Shown piece after piece: positions 56,077 through 64,000 of a DNA stretch of 64,000 nt (the first letter of the stretch is position 1; each line of letters starts with the position of its first letter). This stretch comes from Acidimicrobiia bacterium (GTDB taxonomy: Bacteria > Actinomycetota > Acidimicrobiia > Spongiisociales > UBA5794): NCBI GenBank assembly GCA_036985855.1, contig BTQL01000006.1, positions 2,566-66,565 of the forward strand, given 5' to 3'. Made by a program: the position numbers and the translations under genes. Below the pieces are notes generated by a model. That model was not told the DNA's origin, did not search any database, and worked only from the letters and a program-made list of their open reading frames with translations.

Positions 56077-56825
56077 CCACCGGTTCTCGCAACGAGCTCT
56101 CGAGCGATCTCACACCTCTCGGCATCCCAGAACGCGTGCTGACGATCGGCGCACATCCGGACGATGCTGAGTTCGGGGTGGGGGCGACACTGGCGAGATG
56201 GGTTTCCTCTGGCACTCTCGTGACCATGCTGATCGTCACCGATGGCTCGAAGGGCTCCTGGGACCCGGACAGGGATCAGGCAGATCTGATCCGAACCCGC
56301 CGAGCAGAGCAGGCTCGTGCCGCCGAGGTTCTCGGCGCAACATCGGTGATCCACCTCGACCATGTCGACGGTGAACTCGAGTACAGCATGAGTCTGCGCA
56401 GGGAGCTTGTTACACACATCCGCACGACGAGGCCAGATGTGCTGGTCACACATGACCCGTGGCAGCGATACCAGCTCCATCCGGATCACAGGGCGACGGG
56501 AATGGCAGCAGTTGACGCGGTGGTCACCGCAAGAGAACCGCTTGCCTACACGGATCTCGACCTGGCTGCCCACAGACCACGAACAGTCCTTCTGTGGTCG
56601 GCGGATGCACCTGACCACATCGAGCAGGTCACTCCCAAGTGGTTCGATCGAAAGGTTGAAGCGTTGATGTGCCATTCATCCCAGGGGACCACCACCATGG
56701 GCGGCGCCGAATCGAGTGCTGAACTGCGCCTTGCTTTCGTCGACCGTCTCGCCGTGTGGCATGCCGACAATGGCAAAGCATTCGGAGTCGGCCCGGCAGA
56801 ATCGTTCAAGAAGATCTCTCCCTGA
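56073..56825 (+). CDS. PIG-L/LmbE-family deacetylase
   Basis: LTIGAHPDDAEFGVG, plus HPDHRATG. ATG overlaps the cofC stop (ATGA). Confidence 0.8.
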   Translation: MTTGSRNELSSDLTPLGIPERVLTIGAHPDDAEFGVGATLARWVSSGTLVTMLIVTDGSKGSWDPDRDQADLIRTRRAEQARAAEVLGATSVIHLDHVDGELEYSMSLRRELVTHIRTTRPDVLVTHDPWQRYQLHPDHRATGMAAVDAVVTAREPLAYTDLDLAAHRPRTVLLWSADAPDHIEQVTPKWFDRKVEALMCHSSQGTTTMGGAESSAELRLAFVDRLAVWHADNGKAFGVGPAESFKKISP

Positions 56826-56834
56826 GGAGACCTC

Positions 56835-57944
56835 GTGGCAATACTCGTACTCGGCTCGGGAATCGTCGGATCAGCCGCTGCATGGGACCTTGTGCGCCGC
56901 GGACACGACGTAACGGTCGCCGACACGGATGCTGAAGCAGCCCAGAAGGTTGCCGCTGTCCATGGGGCCGGCGCAATGCACCTCCAAGCAGCTGACAGAA
57001 ATGCGTTGCTCGCGGCGCTTGATGAGTGTGCCATCGTCGTTTCAGCGATCCCTTTCCGCTACGGGGCGTCCGTGGCATCTGCTGCGATCACAACGGGAAC
57101 GCACTACCTGGACTTCGGTGGAAATCCGACGGTTGTGCAGGACCAACGAAAACTCCATGACAATGCAGTCACCGCAGGGATCATGGTCGTGCCTGACTGC
57201 GGACTCGCTCCCGGACTGGCGAATGTCATCGCTGAGGACCTCATTTCGTCCGCACATGAAGGAACGATCGACTCCATCCAGATCCGGGTAGGAGCTCTCC
57301 CTCAGAAGCCTGTCGGAGCGCTCGGATACCAGCTCGCGTTCAGCCCTCGAGGCCTGATCAATGAATACGCAGAACCTTGTGAGGTCATCGAGGATGGGGT
57401 GTATCAGACCGTTGAACCGTTGAGCCGATTCGAAGAAGTCGATTGGGAAGGATGGGGACCTCTTGAGGCGTTTGCGACGGCCGGTGGAACCTCGACGATG
57501 GCCATGCGCCACGTCGGGACCGTCATGTCCCTCGAGTACAAGACCCTCAGGTACCCGGGTCATGGTCGGGTATTCCGGTCCATGATGGAACTGGGATTGT
57601 TCGATGAGTCTCCGAGGGCGATCGGTTCTGCCACGATCGCACCGCGGGAGGTGCTCATCGACGCCTTGGATCACAGACTCCCGCGTGGTGCGCCGGATGT
57701 CGTACTGATACGGGTTTGGTGCGATCAGTCAGGTGAACGATCGACCGTCCAGATCGTCGACACGGAACGAGACGGCTTCTCTGCCCTGGCGCGCACCACA
57801 GCGTTCCCTGCAACGGCGCTTGCGGATCTGATCGCTCGCGAGATCGTCGATCGGCCGGGGGTGGCAACGATGAACGAAATCGTTCTCGGCAGTGAACTTC
57901 TGCCCGAACTCGTCTCGGTTGGAATCGAACTCGAAGAGCTCTAG
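56835..57944 (+). CDS. Saccharopine dehydrogenase-family NAD(P)-binding protein
   Basis: ILVLGSGIVGSAAAWDL Rossmann N-terminus. C-terminal Sacchrp_dh-like region (LEYKTLRYPGH). GTG start. Confidence 0.7.
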   Translation: MAILVLGSGIVGSAAAWDLVRRGHDVTVADTDAEAAQKVAAVHGAGAMHLQAADRNALLAALDECAIVVSAIPFRYGASVASAAITTGTHYLDFGGNPTVVQDQRKLHDNAVTAGIMVVPDCGLAPGLANVIAEDLISSAHEGTIDSIQIRVGALPQKPVGALGYQLAFSPRGLINEYAEPCEVIEDGVYQTVEPLSRFEEVDWEGWGPLEAFATAGGTSTMAMRHVGTVMSLEYKTLRYPGHGRVFRSMMELGLFDESPRAIGSATIAPREVLIDALDHRLPRGAPDVVLIRVWCDQSGERSTVQIVDTERDGFSALARTTAFPATALADLIAREIVDRPGVATMNEIVLGSELLPELVSVGIELEEL

Positions 57945-59161
57945 GAGTCTCGCGCGACGCTGCCGATCTTGGCGCTCGTGTCGATCTCGAAAAAGTGCAT
58001 TTTCGACGTATCGATCACCAGATCAACCGAGGAGCCGTCTGGCACAGGAACGTCAGAGCTGACTCGGCCGGTGAATCTGGTCTGATCGCCAAGGGAAGTC
58101 GCATCCTGACCCGAATCCGCGAGAAGTTCCTCGATATCGGGTGTCAACACAGGTGGTGAATCGATGAAGAAGTGCACATATGACTCGGACCCGAGATGCT
58201 CGTTCACATCGGTATCGACACGAATCGTCCGGTCCGGATCGGGATCGGACATCAGCGCGTGTTCGAAAGCACTCGGGCGGATGCCCACGACGATCCGCTC
58301 GCCGAAGTGGTCTTCGATACCGGGGTGCGCATCAAGAGAGATCTGGTCAACCGTGACCGTGTATCCACCGAAGGAGGCCCTGACCTCGTCGCCCACCCTG
58401 GTCAGTTCACCGTAGATCATGTTCATCGCCGGGCTCCCGATGAAGCCGGCAACGAAGAGATTCACCGGATTGTTGAAGAGCTCCGTCGGCTCGTCTACCT
58501 GCTGGAGGTTGTACGGACGTTTTGCCGACACGGGCCGCATGACGGCAACCCGATGTCCGAGGGTCATCGCCTCGATCTGGTCGTGGGTCACGTACACGGT
58601 CGTTGTACCAAGACGATTGTGGAGGCGACCGAGCTCAATCCTCATCTGGACACGTAACTTGGCATCGAGGTTCGACAGGGGTTCATCCATCAAGAAGGCG
58701 CTCGGTTCGCGCACGATGGCACGCCCCATAGCAACTCGTTGACGCTGACCACCCGAGAGGGCTTTCGGCTTTCGGTCGAGATAATCCGTGATCTCGAGGA
58801 TCTCAGCAGCTTCATTCACGCGGGCCTCGATCTCGGCTTTGGGCATCTTCCTGAGCTTGAGACCGAATGCCATGTTGTCGCGAACGGACATGTGCGGGTA
58901 CAGGGCATAGTTCTGGAACACCATGGCAATGTCCCTGTCCTTGGGTGGCACATCGTTGACGACTCTCTCGCCGATGCTCAACTTGCCTTCGGTGATGTCT
59001 TCGAGTCCCGCGATCATCCGAAGAACAGTTGACTTCCCACAACCGGACGGTCCGACGAGCACGAGGAACTCACCCTCGCGGACGTCGAGACTGAACTGAC
59101 CGACGGCTCTCGTTCCATCCGGGTATATCTTCCCGACATCATCGAGCGTGATTGAAGCCAT
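57941..59161 (-). CDS. Sugar ABC transporter ATP-binding protein (MalK/MsiK/UgpC type)
   Basis: Trimmed to MASITLDDVGKIY. Walker A GPSGCGKST, LSGGQRQRVA, and FLMDEPLSNLD, plus a C-terminal TOBE-like regulatory domain. No adjacent permease. Confidence 0.9.
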   Translation of the reverse strand: MASITLDDVGKIYPDGTRAVGQFSLDVREGEFLVLVGPSGCGKSTVLRMIAGLEDITEGKLSIGERVVNDVPPKDRDIAMVFQNYALYPHMSVRDNMAFGLKLRKMPKAEIEARVNEAAEILEITDYLDRKPKALSGGQRQRVAMGRAIVREPSAFLMDEPLSNLDAKLRVQMRIELGRLHNRLGTTTVYVTHDQIEAMTLGHRVAVMRPVSAKRPYNLQQVDEPTELFNNPVNLFVAGFIGSPAMNMIYGELTRVGDEVRASFGGYTVTVDQISLDAHPGIEDHFGERIVVGIRPSAFEHALMSDPDPDRTIRVDTDVNEHLGSESYVHFFIDSPPVLTPDIEELLADSGQDATSLGDQTRFTGRVSSDVPVPDGSSVDLVIDTSKMHFFEIDTSAKIGSVARDS

Positions 59162-59256
59162 GGTCCCTCCGAGGTTCGCTGGTCCTTGTGAGCATGACGT
59201 TACCAGCAATCCCACAGGTTTCTAAATGGCGGCAGGCACACGACTAATGTGGTCAT

Positions 59257-59970
59257 ATGGTCGAATCCAACGTCGCAGTTATCCCTGGAGGTACCGGCTC
59301 TGTCGGCTGCTGCCTCATTCCGATGCTCATCGACCGCGAATTCAAGGTCGCGGTCACCTACCTGATCCCTGAGGAAGCAACCGCCCTCGAGGAACGAATG
59401 GGCCTCGACGAAGACAGGCTCATCATCCGCAGAGTCGACGCAAGCGACGCCGATGCCGTGTCTTCATTCTTTGCTGAGGCTGTTGATAGTTTCGGATCGA
59501 TCAACGTGATGGCCTCACTCGTGGGAGGGTGGTCCGGAGGACGCGATGTGAAGGAGACGGATGACGTTCGACTCGACCGCATGCTCGACCTCAATCTCAA
59601 GACGGCTTGGAACACAACGAGAGCAGCGATTCCGAACATGTCCGAGCAGTGGGGCCGAATCATCCTGATGGGTTCCAAGCACTCCCAGGACACTCCCGCC
59701 GGACAGGCTGCGTACAACCTCGCGAAGGCGGGAGTCCTTGCTCTCTCACGCTCGGTTGCAACCGAATTGCTCGATACGAACACGACCTGCAACACCCTGC
59801 TGCCATCGGTGATCAATACAGAGGCGACACGGTCGGCGCTCCCCTATGCCGACTATGTCAATTGGCCACAACCCGAGGAGATCGCCGACGTGATCAACTT
59901 CCTTGCAAGTCGTGAGTCCAAAGTCATCAACGGTGGTGGTGTTCCCGTGTGGGGATCCGCCCTGATCTGA
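59257..59970 (+). CDS. Short-chain dehydrogenase/reductase
   Basis: 237 aa. Atypical Gly motif (IPGGTGSVG) and the YNLAKAG catalytic motif. Confidence 0.75.
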   Translation: MVESNVAVIPGGTGSVGCCLIPMLIDREFKVAVTYLIPEEATALEERMGLDEDRLIIRRVDASDADAVSSFFAEAVDSFGSINVMASLVGGWSGGRDVKETDDVRLDRMLDLNLKTAWNTTRAAIPNMSEQWGRIILMGSKHSQDTPAGQAAYNLAKAGVLALSRSVATELLDTNTTCNTLLPSVINTEATRSALPYADYVNWPQPEEIADVINFLASRESKVINGGGVPVWGSALI

Positions 59971-59986
59971 TGACGGTGCAACAGCC

Positions 59987-61624
59987 GTGAGCTCTTCGCG
60001 AAATGCCAGAGACACGTTCAGTTTCGATGTTGTCATAATCGGTTCGGGTTTCGGTGGATCCGTGAGCGCAATGCGCCTGACCGACAAGGGTTACACGGTC
60101 GGTGTCGTTGAAGCAGGCAAACGGTGGCATACGGGAGATTTCCCAAAAACGAACTGGAACGCGTTCAAATCGTTGTGGTTTCCCAAACTCGGCATGCGGG
60201 GCATACAACGCATTTCGCTGCTCCCCGACGTGATGGTGCTGAGCGGCGCAGGAGTCGGTGGAGGGTCTCTCGTGTACGCAAATACGTTGTACGAGCCGCC
60301 CGATCCTTTCTACGTGGATGATCAGTGGGGCAACATCACTGATTGGAGGATTGAACTCGCTCCGCATTACGAGACTGCTCGCCACATGCTCGGTGTTGTA
60401 GAGAACCCTCTCGACACTCCGGCAGATGAGGTGATGCGCAGGGTCGCAGACAAGCTCGGCGTTTCCGACTCATACCAGCCAACACCCGTAGGAGTCTTCT
60501 TCGGAGATCCCGGAATCGAAGTCGGCGATCCGTACTTCGATGGAGACGGCCCCCGTCGCTCGGGCTGCATCGCGTGTGGCAACTGCATGGTCGGGTGTCG
60601 CCACAATGCAAAGAACACCCTCGACAAGAACTATCTCTATTTTGCAGAGCAGAGAGGCGCATCCGTATTCCCTTCCCAACAAGTCGTCGATGTCGAACGT
60701 TCAGGCGACGGATGGAGTGTGACCGCCCGCAAGCCGGGTGCATGGTTCTCACACAAAGAGACGGTCTATCAGGCTGACCACGTGATCTTTTCGGCCGGTG
60801 CACTCGGCTCGACACGCCTGCTCTTGGAACTCCAGGAACGAGGAAGGTTGCCGAACCTCTCGCAACGGATCGGGTTTCAAACGCGTACCAACTCAGAGGC
60901 CATCGTGGGGTCAGTCGCAAAGTCGAGAGATGTCGACTACAGCGAGGGAATCGCGATCACGTCTTCGATTTACCCGACCGCCGACACGCATGTCGAACCT
61001 GTCCGCTACGGGAGGGGCTCGAACGCCCTGGGACTGCTCGGAACGTTGATCACCGATGGGGGCGATGGCGTGCCGCGGCAGGTGCGTTTCCTGGCAAACA
61101 TCGTGAGGCACCCGATCCTCTTCCTCCGGTCCCTGTCGGTCTGGCATTGGTCCGAGCGGGGGATCATCCTGCTCGTGATGCAGACAAGGGACAACAGCAT
61201 CCGTTTGCTTCGCAAGAAAGGCTGGTTCAGGACGAAGTTGTCGACGACCCAGGGTGAGGGCGAACCGAACCCGACCTACATCCCGATCGCAAACGAGACG
61301 GCCAGACTCACCGCGGAAGAGATCGATGGCATCGGCTTTTCTTCGGTCAACGAAGTCCTCTTCGACACACCACTCACCGCGCACATCCTCGGGGGAGCCC
61401 CGATCGGCGTTGACGCTGATTCGGGTGTGATAGACGCCTACCACAGGGTCTTCGGCCACGAGGGCCTCCACGTGATCGACGGCGCTGCGATCGGTGCGAA
61501 TCTCGGTGTGAATCCGTCCCTCACCATCACCGCAATGGCTGAACGAGCGATTTCAATGTGGCCGGATCGCGGAGAAGAGGACGAACGTGCAATGCTCGGT
61601 GAGCCGTACGCACCTGTCGCCTAG
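59987..61624 (+). CDS. GMC-family FAD oxidoreductase (cholesterol-oxidase-like)
   Basis: FDVVIIGSGFGGSVSAMRL FAD motif. C-terminal GLHVIDGAAIGANLGVNPSLTI. GTG start. Confidence 0.8.
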   Translation: MSSSRNARDTFSFDVVIIGSGFGGSVSAMRLTDKGYTVGVVEAGKRWHTGDFPKTNWNAFKSLWFPKLGMRGIQRISLLPDVMVLSGAGVGGGSLVYANTLYEPPDPFYVDDQWGNITDWRIELAPHYETARHMLGVVENPLDTPADEVMRRVADKLGVSDSYQPTPVGVFFGDPGIEVGDPYFDGDGPRRSGCIACGNCMVGCRHNAKNTLDKNYLYFAEQRGASVFPSQQVVDVERSGDGWSVTARKPGAWFSHKETVYQADHVIFSAGALGSTRLLLELQERGRLPNLSQRIGFQTRTNSEAIVGSVAKSRDVDYSEGIAITSSIYPTADTHVEPVRYGRGSNALGLLGTLITDGGDGVPRQVRFLANIVRHPILFLRSLSVWHWSERGIILLVMQTRDNSIRLLRKKGWFRTKLSTTQGEGEPNPTYIPIANETARLTAEEIDGIGFSSVNEVLFDTPLTAHILGGAPIGVDADSGVIDAYHRVFGHEGLHVIDGAAIGANLGVNPSLTITAMAERAISMWPDRGEEDERAMLGEPYAPVA

Positions 61625-61638
61625 CCCTGCTGCATCTG

Positions 61639-62916
61639 CTACCCACTGCCTGGATCGTGGTCGATTCTCTTCCGCACAGGCATGTGCGCGATTTCACGCG
61701 ACTCCGATATCGGCAATTCGTCCGCCGTGGTCCGTTGAAACCACCGGGCATAGGCTCGCGACCACGATACTGCCGACGCCCCGTGGGCAACGACGCTCAT
61801 TGCAACCACGGCAGAAACGACAGCGAGAATGAAAGGAGCCGTATCTGGCTCGGACTCCAGGACCACCGTGCCGCCAAAGACAAGCGATGCAAGTCCCCGC
61901 GGACCAAACCACCCGATATACAGAACCGTTGGATAGCGAAGTCCGGTACCCACCAGCGAGAGAGCCACCGGAACCATCCGAACGACGGTGAGACTGACGA
62001 TTCCGAAACCAACCATGCTCCAGGTGATCACCGACAGGCTTGGACCAAGGATCAGGGAACCGAACGCAAAGAACGCCACCATCGTCAACAGATGGGAGAT
62101 CCCCTCAGAAAAGTCGCAAATATCGGGATACACCGATCGAATGATGCTTCCGAAGGTGATACCCGCGACAAATGCGGCGATGAACCCTGAACCCCCGATG
62201 GGATCGACCACAGCGAAAGCAACAAGAGCGAGAACCGGTGCAGCCACGAGGCGCCAATCCCTTGTCATCCAGCCTCGTTCACCGGCATACCGGATAGCCA
62301 GGGCACCGATCCATCCAACGAGAGCGCCTGCAAGGACGGCCGACCCGATCTCTACGATGAACACAGCTGCAATACCACTCGCGGTCTGCATCTCATTGGC
62401 CACGCCGGCGAGAGCAATCGAGAGAAACGGCACGGCGATACCGTCATTCAGCCCGCTCTCGACGCTGAGACCTTGTCGAACCATGGAGGGAACGTCTTTG
62501 TTGGCCACGACCGCCTGGCCGAGCGCCGCATCGGTAGGCGCCAGGATGACCGCGATGATCGCCGCCTCCCAGAAGCCCAGCTGGTCGAAGAAGACAAGAG
62601 CGGTCAACACCCCCGTAACAATCGTGAGCGGCAATCCGATACCGAGAAGCCGGCCGGGGAGGAAGGCCTCTCTCCGCACCGCGCGAACATCGATCACTGC
62701 GGCGTCTGAGAAAAGCACAACTACGAGGGTGCCTTCGAGCAGCAGTTGCACGAAGCCGCTGTCGAGGTTCAGAGAAACCGCGTCCAACACACGTGGACCA
62801 GCGATCAATCCGAACGCCACGAAGAGCATCGGACCCGTGAAGACCGTCGACATCAGACGCCTCGAGAAAAGCGCATACACAAAGACGAAACCGGCGAACA
62901 GAGCAAGACCGAACAC
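61639..62916 (-). CDS. Cation:proton antiporter (CPA1 Na+/H+ exchanger family)
   Basis: About 12 TM helices and the APTDAA / ESGLNDG motifs of NhaP-type exchangers. GTG start. Confidence 0.85.
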   Translation of the reverse strand: MFGLALFAGFVFVYALFSRRLMSTVFTGPMLFVAFGLIAGPRVLDAVSLNLDSGFVQLLLEGTLVVVLFSDAAVIDVRAVRREAFLPGRLLGIGLPLTIVTGVLTALVFFDQLGFWEAAIIAVILAPTDAALGQAVVANKDVPSMVRQGLSVESGLNDGIAVPFLSIALAGVANEMQTASGIAAVFIVEIGSAVLAGALVGWIGALAIRYAGERGWMTRDWRLVAAPVLALVAFAVVDPIGGSGFIAAFVAGITFGSIIRSVYPDICDFSEGISHLLTMVAFFAFGSLILGPSLSVITWSMVGFGIVSLTVVRMVPVALSLVGTGLRYPTVLYIGWFGPRGLASLVFGGTVVLESEPDTAPFILAVVSAVVAMSVVAHGASAVSWSRAYARWFQRTTADELPISESREIAHMPVRKRIDHDPGSG

Positions 62917-62934
62917 GCGGCGATACTAGTGCCG

Positions 62935-62986
62935 CGTACCCAGGGTTACAGACCGCACTGAGTCCGGTCTGCAGCCCAGAGAATGG
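62935..62986 (+). repeat. REP-like dispersed repeat, copy C
   Basis: GCGTACCCAGGGTTACAGACCGCACTGAGTCCGGTCTGCAGCCCAGAGAATGG. Lies in the divergent region between the antiporter gene and the lipoprotein gene. Confidence 0.8.
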
Positions 62987-63038
62987 AATGCGGGCGGTGA
63001 GCATGGGTTCACGGCTGGGCCAGCTAGCCTCTCGAGAG

Positions 63039-63455
63039 ATGTACAAGCGCTTCGTACCGGAGCCAGGACACGTCCGCATCGCTGCCCTGGTGATAGTTGC
63101 GGCCCTCCTGCTGGCTGCATGCAGCGCCGGCCGGCCCACTGCCGAGGAGTGGCAGCCCACATGGGAGCGGGTACTGGCGACCATGCCGAGTGAGTCTGCG
63201 ATCGGCGAGAACCCCTCCCAAGCCGTCTGCGACAAGACGCTGGCCTTTCTCAGAAGCAATAGGGTTCAGCTGTTCCCTACACCGGATCCGGTGGTTGACG
63301 ACACGGTGAGAGACTGGATCGACATAGCGGAGGATGCGTTCTTCGAGTGCCCTCCGAGGAACGAGCGCGTCGGCAGCTTCTCTGAGGCCTATGGACTGCT
63401 GCGCCGGTTCCAGGGCGAGATCGCATTCGTACTGAACATGGACCGAACCTCTTGA
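63039..63455 (+). CDS. Hypothetical lipoprotein
   Basis: MYKRFVPEPGHVRIAALVIVAALLLAAC lipobox. No recognisable domain. The ORF opens at 62988, which lies next to the repeat, so a later start is preferred. Confidence 0.5.
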   Translation: MYKRFVPEPGHVRIAALVIVAALLLAACSAGRPTAEEWQPTWERVLATMPSESAIGENPSQAVCDKTLAFLRSNRVQLFPTPDPVVDDTVRDWIDIAEDAFFECPPRNERVGSFSEAYGLLRRFQGEIAFVLNMDRTS

Positions 63456-63495
63456 GGCACGTTCTCTCGACTCGCATGCCCTGCGGTCACGGGAC

Positions 63496-64000
63496 TCAGG
63501 ACACGACGTTGACAGGGCGATTCTCCGGCACCCGGATAAGAATCAGAACCGCAACGGCAGCCATGACTGCACCAAAAGAGAAGGCGGCCGTTGGTCCGAA
63601 TGCCGCCCATATGCCACCGAATACGATGCTCGCCGGTAGTGCGCCGATACCGACCGCACCGTTGTAATAACCGAAGGCTGATCCTCTGAGGTCCGCCGGT
63701 GCAAGTCCTGCTACCCATGCGCGCTCCACCGGTTCGGTCACACCGAAGTAGAGTCCATACGCGACGAATAGGCCGATGAGGATCGCCGTCGACGATGCGA
63801 TCGCCATACTCAGGTATATGGCTGCGTAAAACGTCCATCCGAGCAGTACCAGGGGCTTGCGGCCGATCCGGTCCGAAAGCCTCCCTCCGATGAGATTCGA
63901 TCCCATCTTGACCATGCTGAACAACGACCACAGCAGTGCAATCCATACCGCAGTTACCCCGGCGTTGCTCAACCGCAACAACAAGAACGCGTCTGCGCTG
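63496..64000 (-). CDS. MFS transporter, C-terminal part (gene runs off the window)
   Basis: The frame stays open to position 64000. Hydrophobic helices and the MFS loop motif GGRLSDRIGRKP. Confidence 0.75.
   Translation of the reverse strand, partial: SADAFLLLRLSNAGVTAVWIALLWSLFSMVKMGSNLIGGRLSDRIGRKPLVLLGWTFYAAIYLSMAIASSTAILIGLFVAYGLYFGVTEPVERAWVAGLAPADLRGSAFGYYNGAVGIGALPASIVFGGIWAAFGPTAAFSFGAVMAAVAVLILIRVPENRPVNVVS

Overview
Dense, high-GC chromosomal segment from an actinobacterium. The lineage call rests on a mycothiol S-conjugate amidase (Mca), F420 CofC/FbiD, AdnAB helicase-nuclease, an InhA-type enoyl-ACP reductase, and a RamB-type regulator next to the glyoxylate shunt. The class cannot be determined by eye. 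I support about 60 protein genes, and many are linked by 1-4 nt start/stop overlaps (ATGA, GTGA). I saw no rRNA, tRNA, CRISPR array, transposase, integrase or phage genes, so this looks like core genome rather than an island.

Gene order, left to right:
- rnc-plsX-rpmF-yceD...coaD-rsmD-recG, divergent from rpmB; then ddl, an orphan GAF histidine kinase, inhA, and an RlmD-like methyltransferase.
- A Cas4-like nuclease with adnA and adnB; then dtd.
- A translationally coupled sugar dehydrogenase / ribokinase / nucleoside hydrolase / CoA-transferase block.
- ramB with aceB and aceA, followed by a beta-oxidation-type cluster.
- A secreted thermonuclease-LTD fusion, pruA, an orphan CheY-like receiver, and a lipid kinase.
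- A minus-strand run of Cas4-like nuclease, mca, two GTPases and MscS.
- Two tandem VanW-PASTA paralogs, pyk, an incomplete amino-acid ABC importer, and a VOC-cofC-PIG-L-saccharopine dehydrogenase operon.
- A MalK-like ATPase, an SDR, a GMC oxidoreductase, a Na+/H+ antiporter, and a truncated MFS gene at the window edge.

The stand-out is the 1.2 kb ORF-poor gap at 13016-14228. On the minus strand it reads as two tandem, paralogous, very hairpin-rich elements of about 340 nt and 460 nt.
- Fifteen hairpins carry canonical UUCG, GNRA or CUUG tetraloops, and only on the minus strand.
- The two copies show compensatory stem changes.
- Each copy is preceded by a pair of CGCGAAAA boxes spaced 20 bp apart.
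- Each copy ends in a terminator-like hairpin.
I could not match either element to RNase P, tmRNA or any other family I recognise. I flag them as candidate novel large structured RNAs.

Secondary observations are a 3-copy REP-like dispersed repeat, a RecA-NDp-like promoter on the nuclease-adnAB operon, a paired-GTPase-MscS operon, and a gene remnant.
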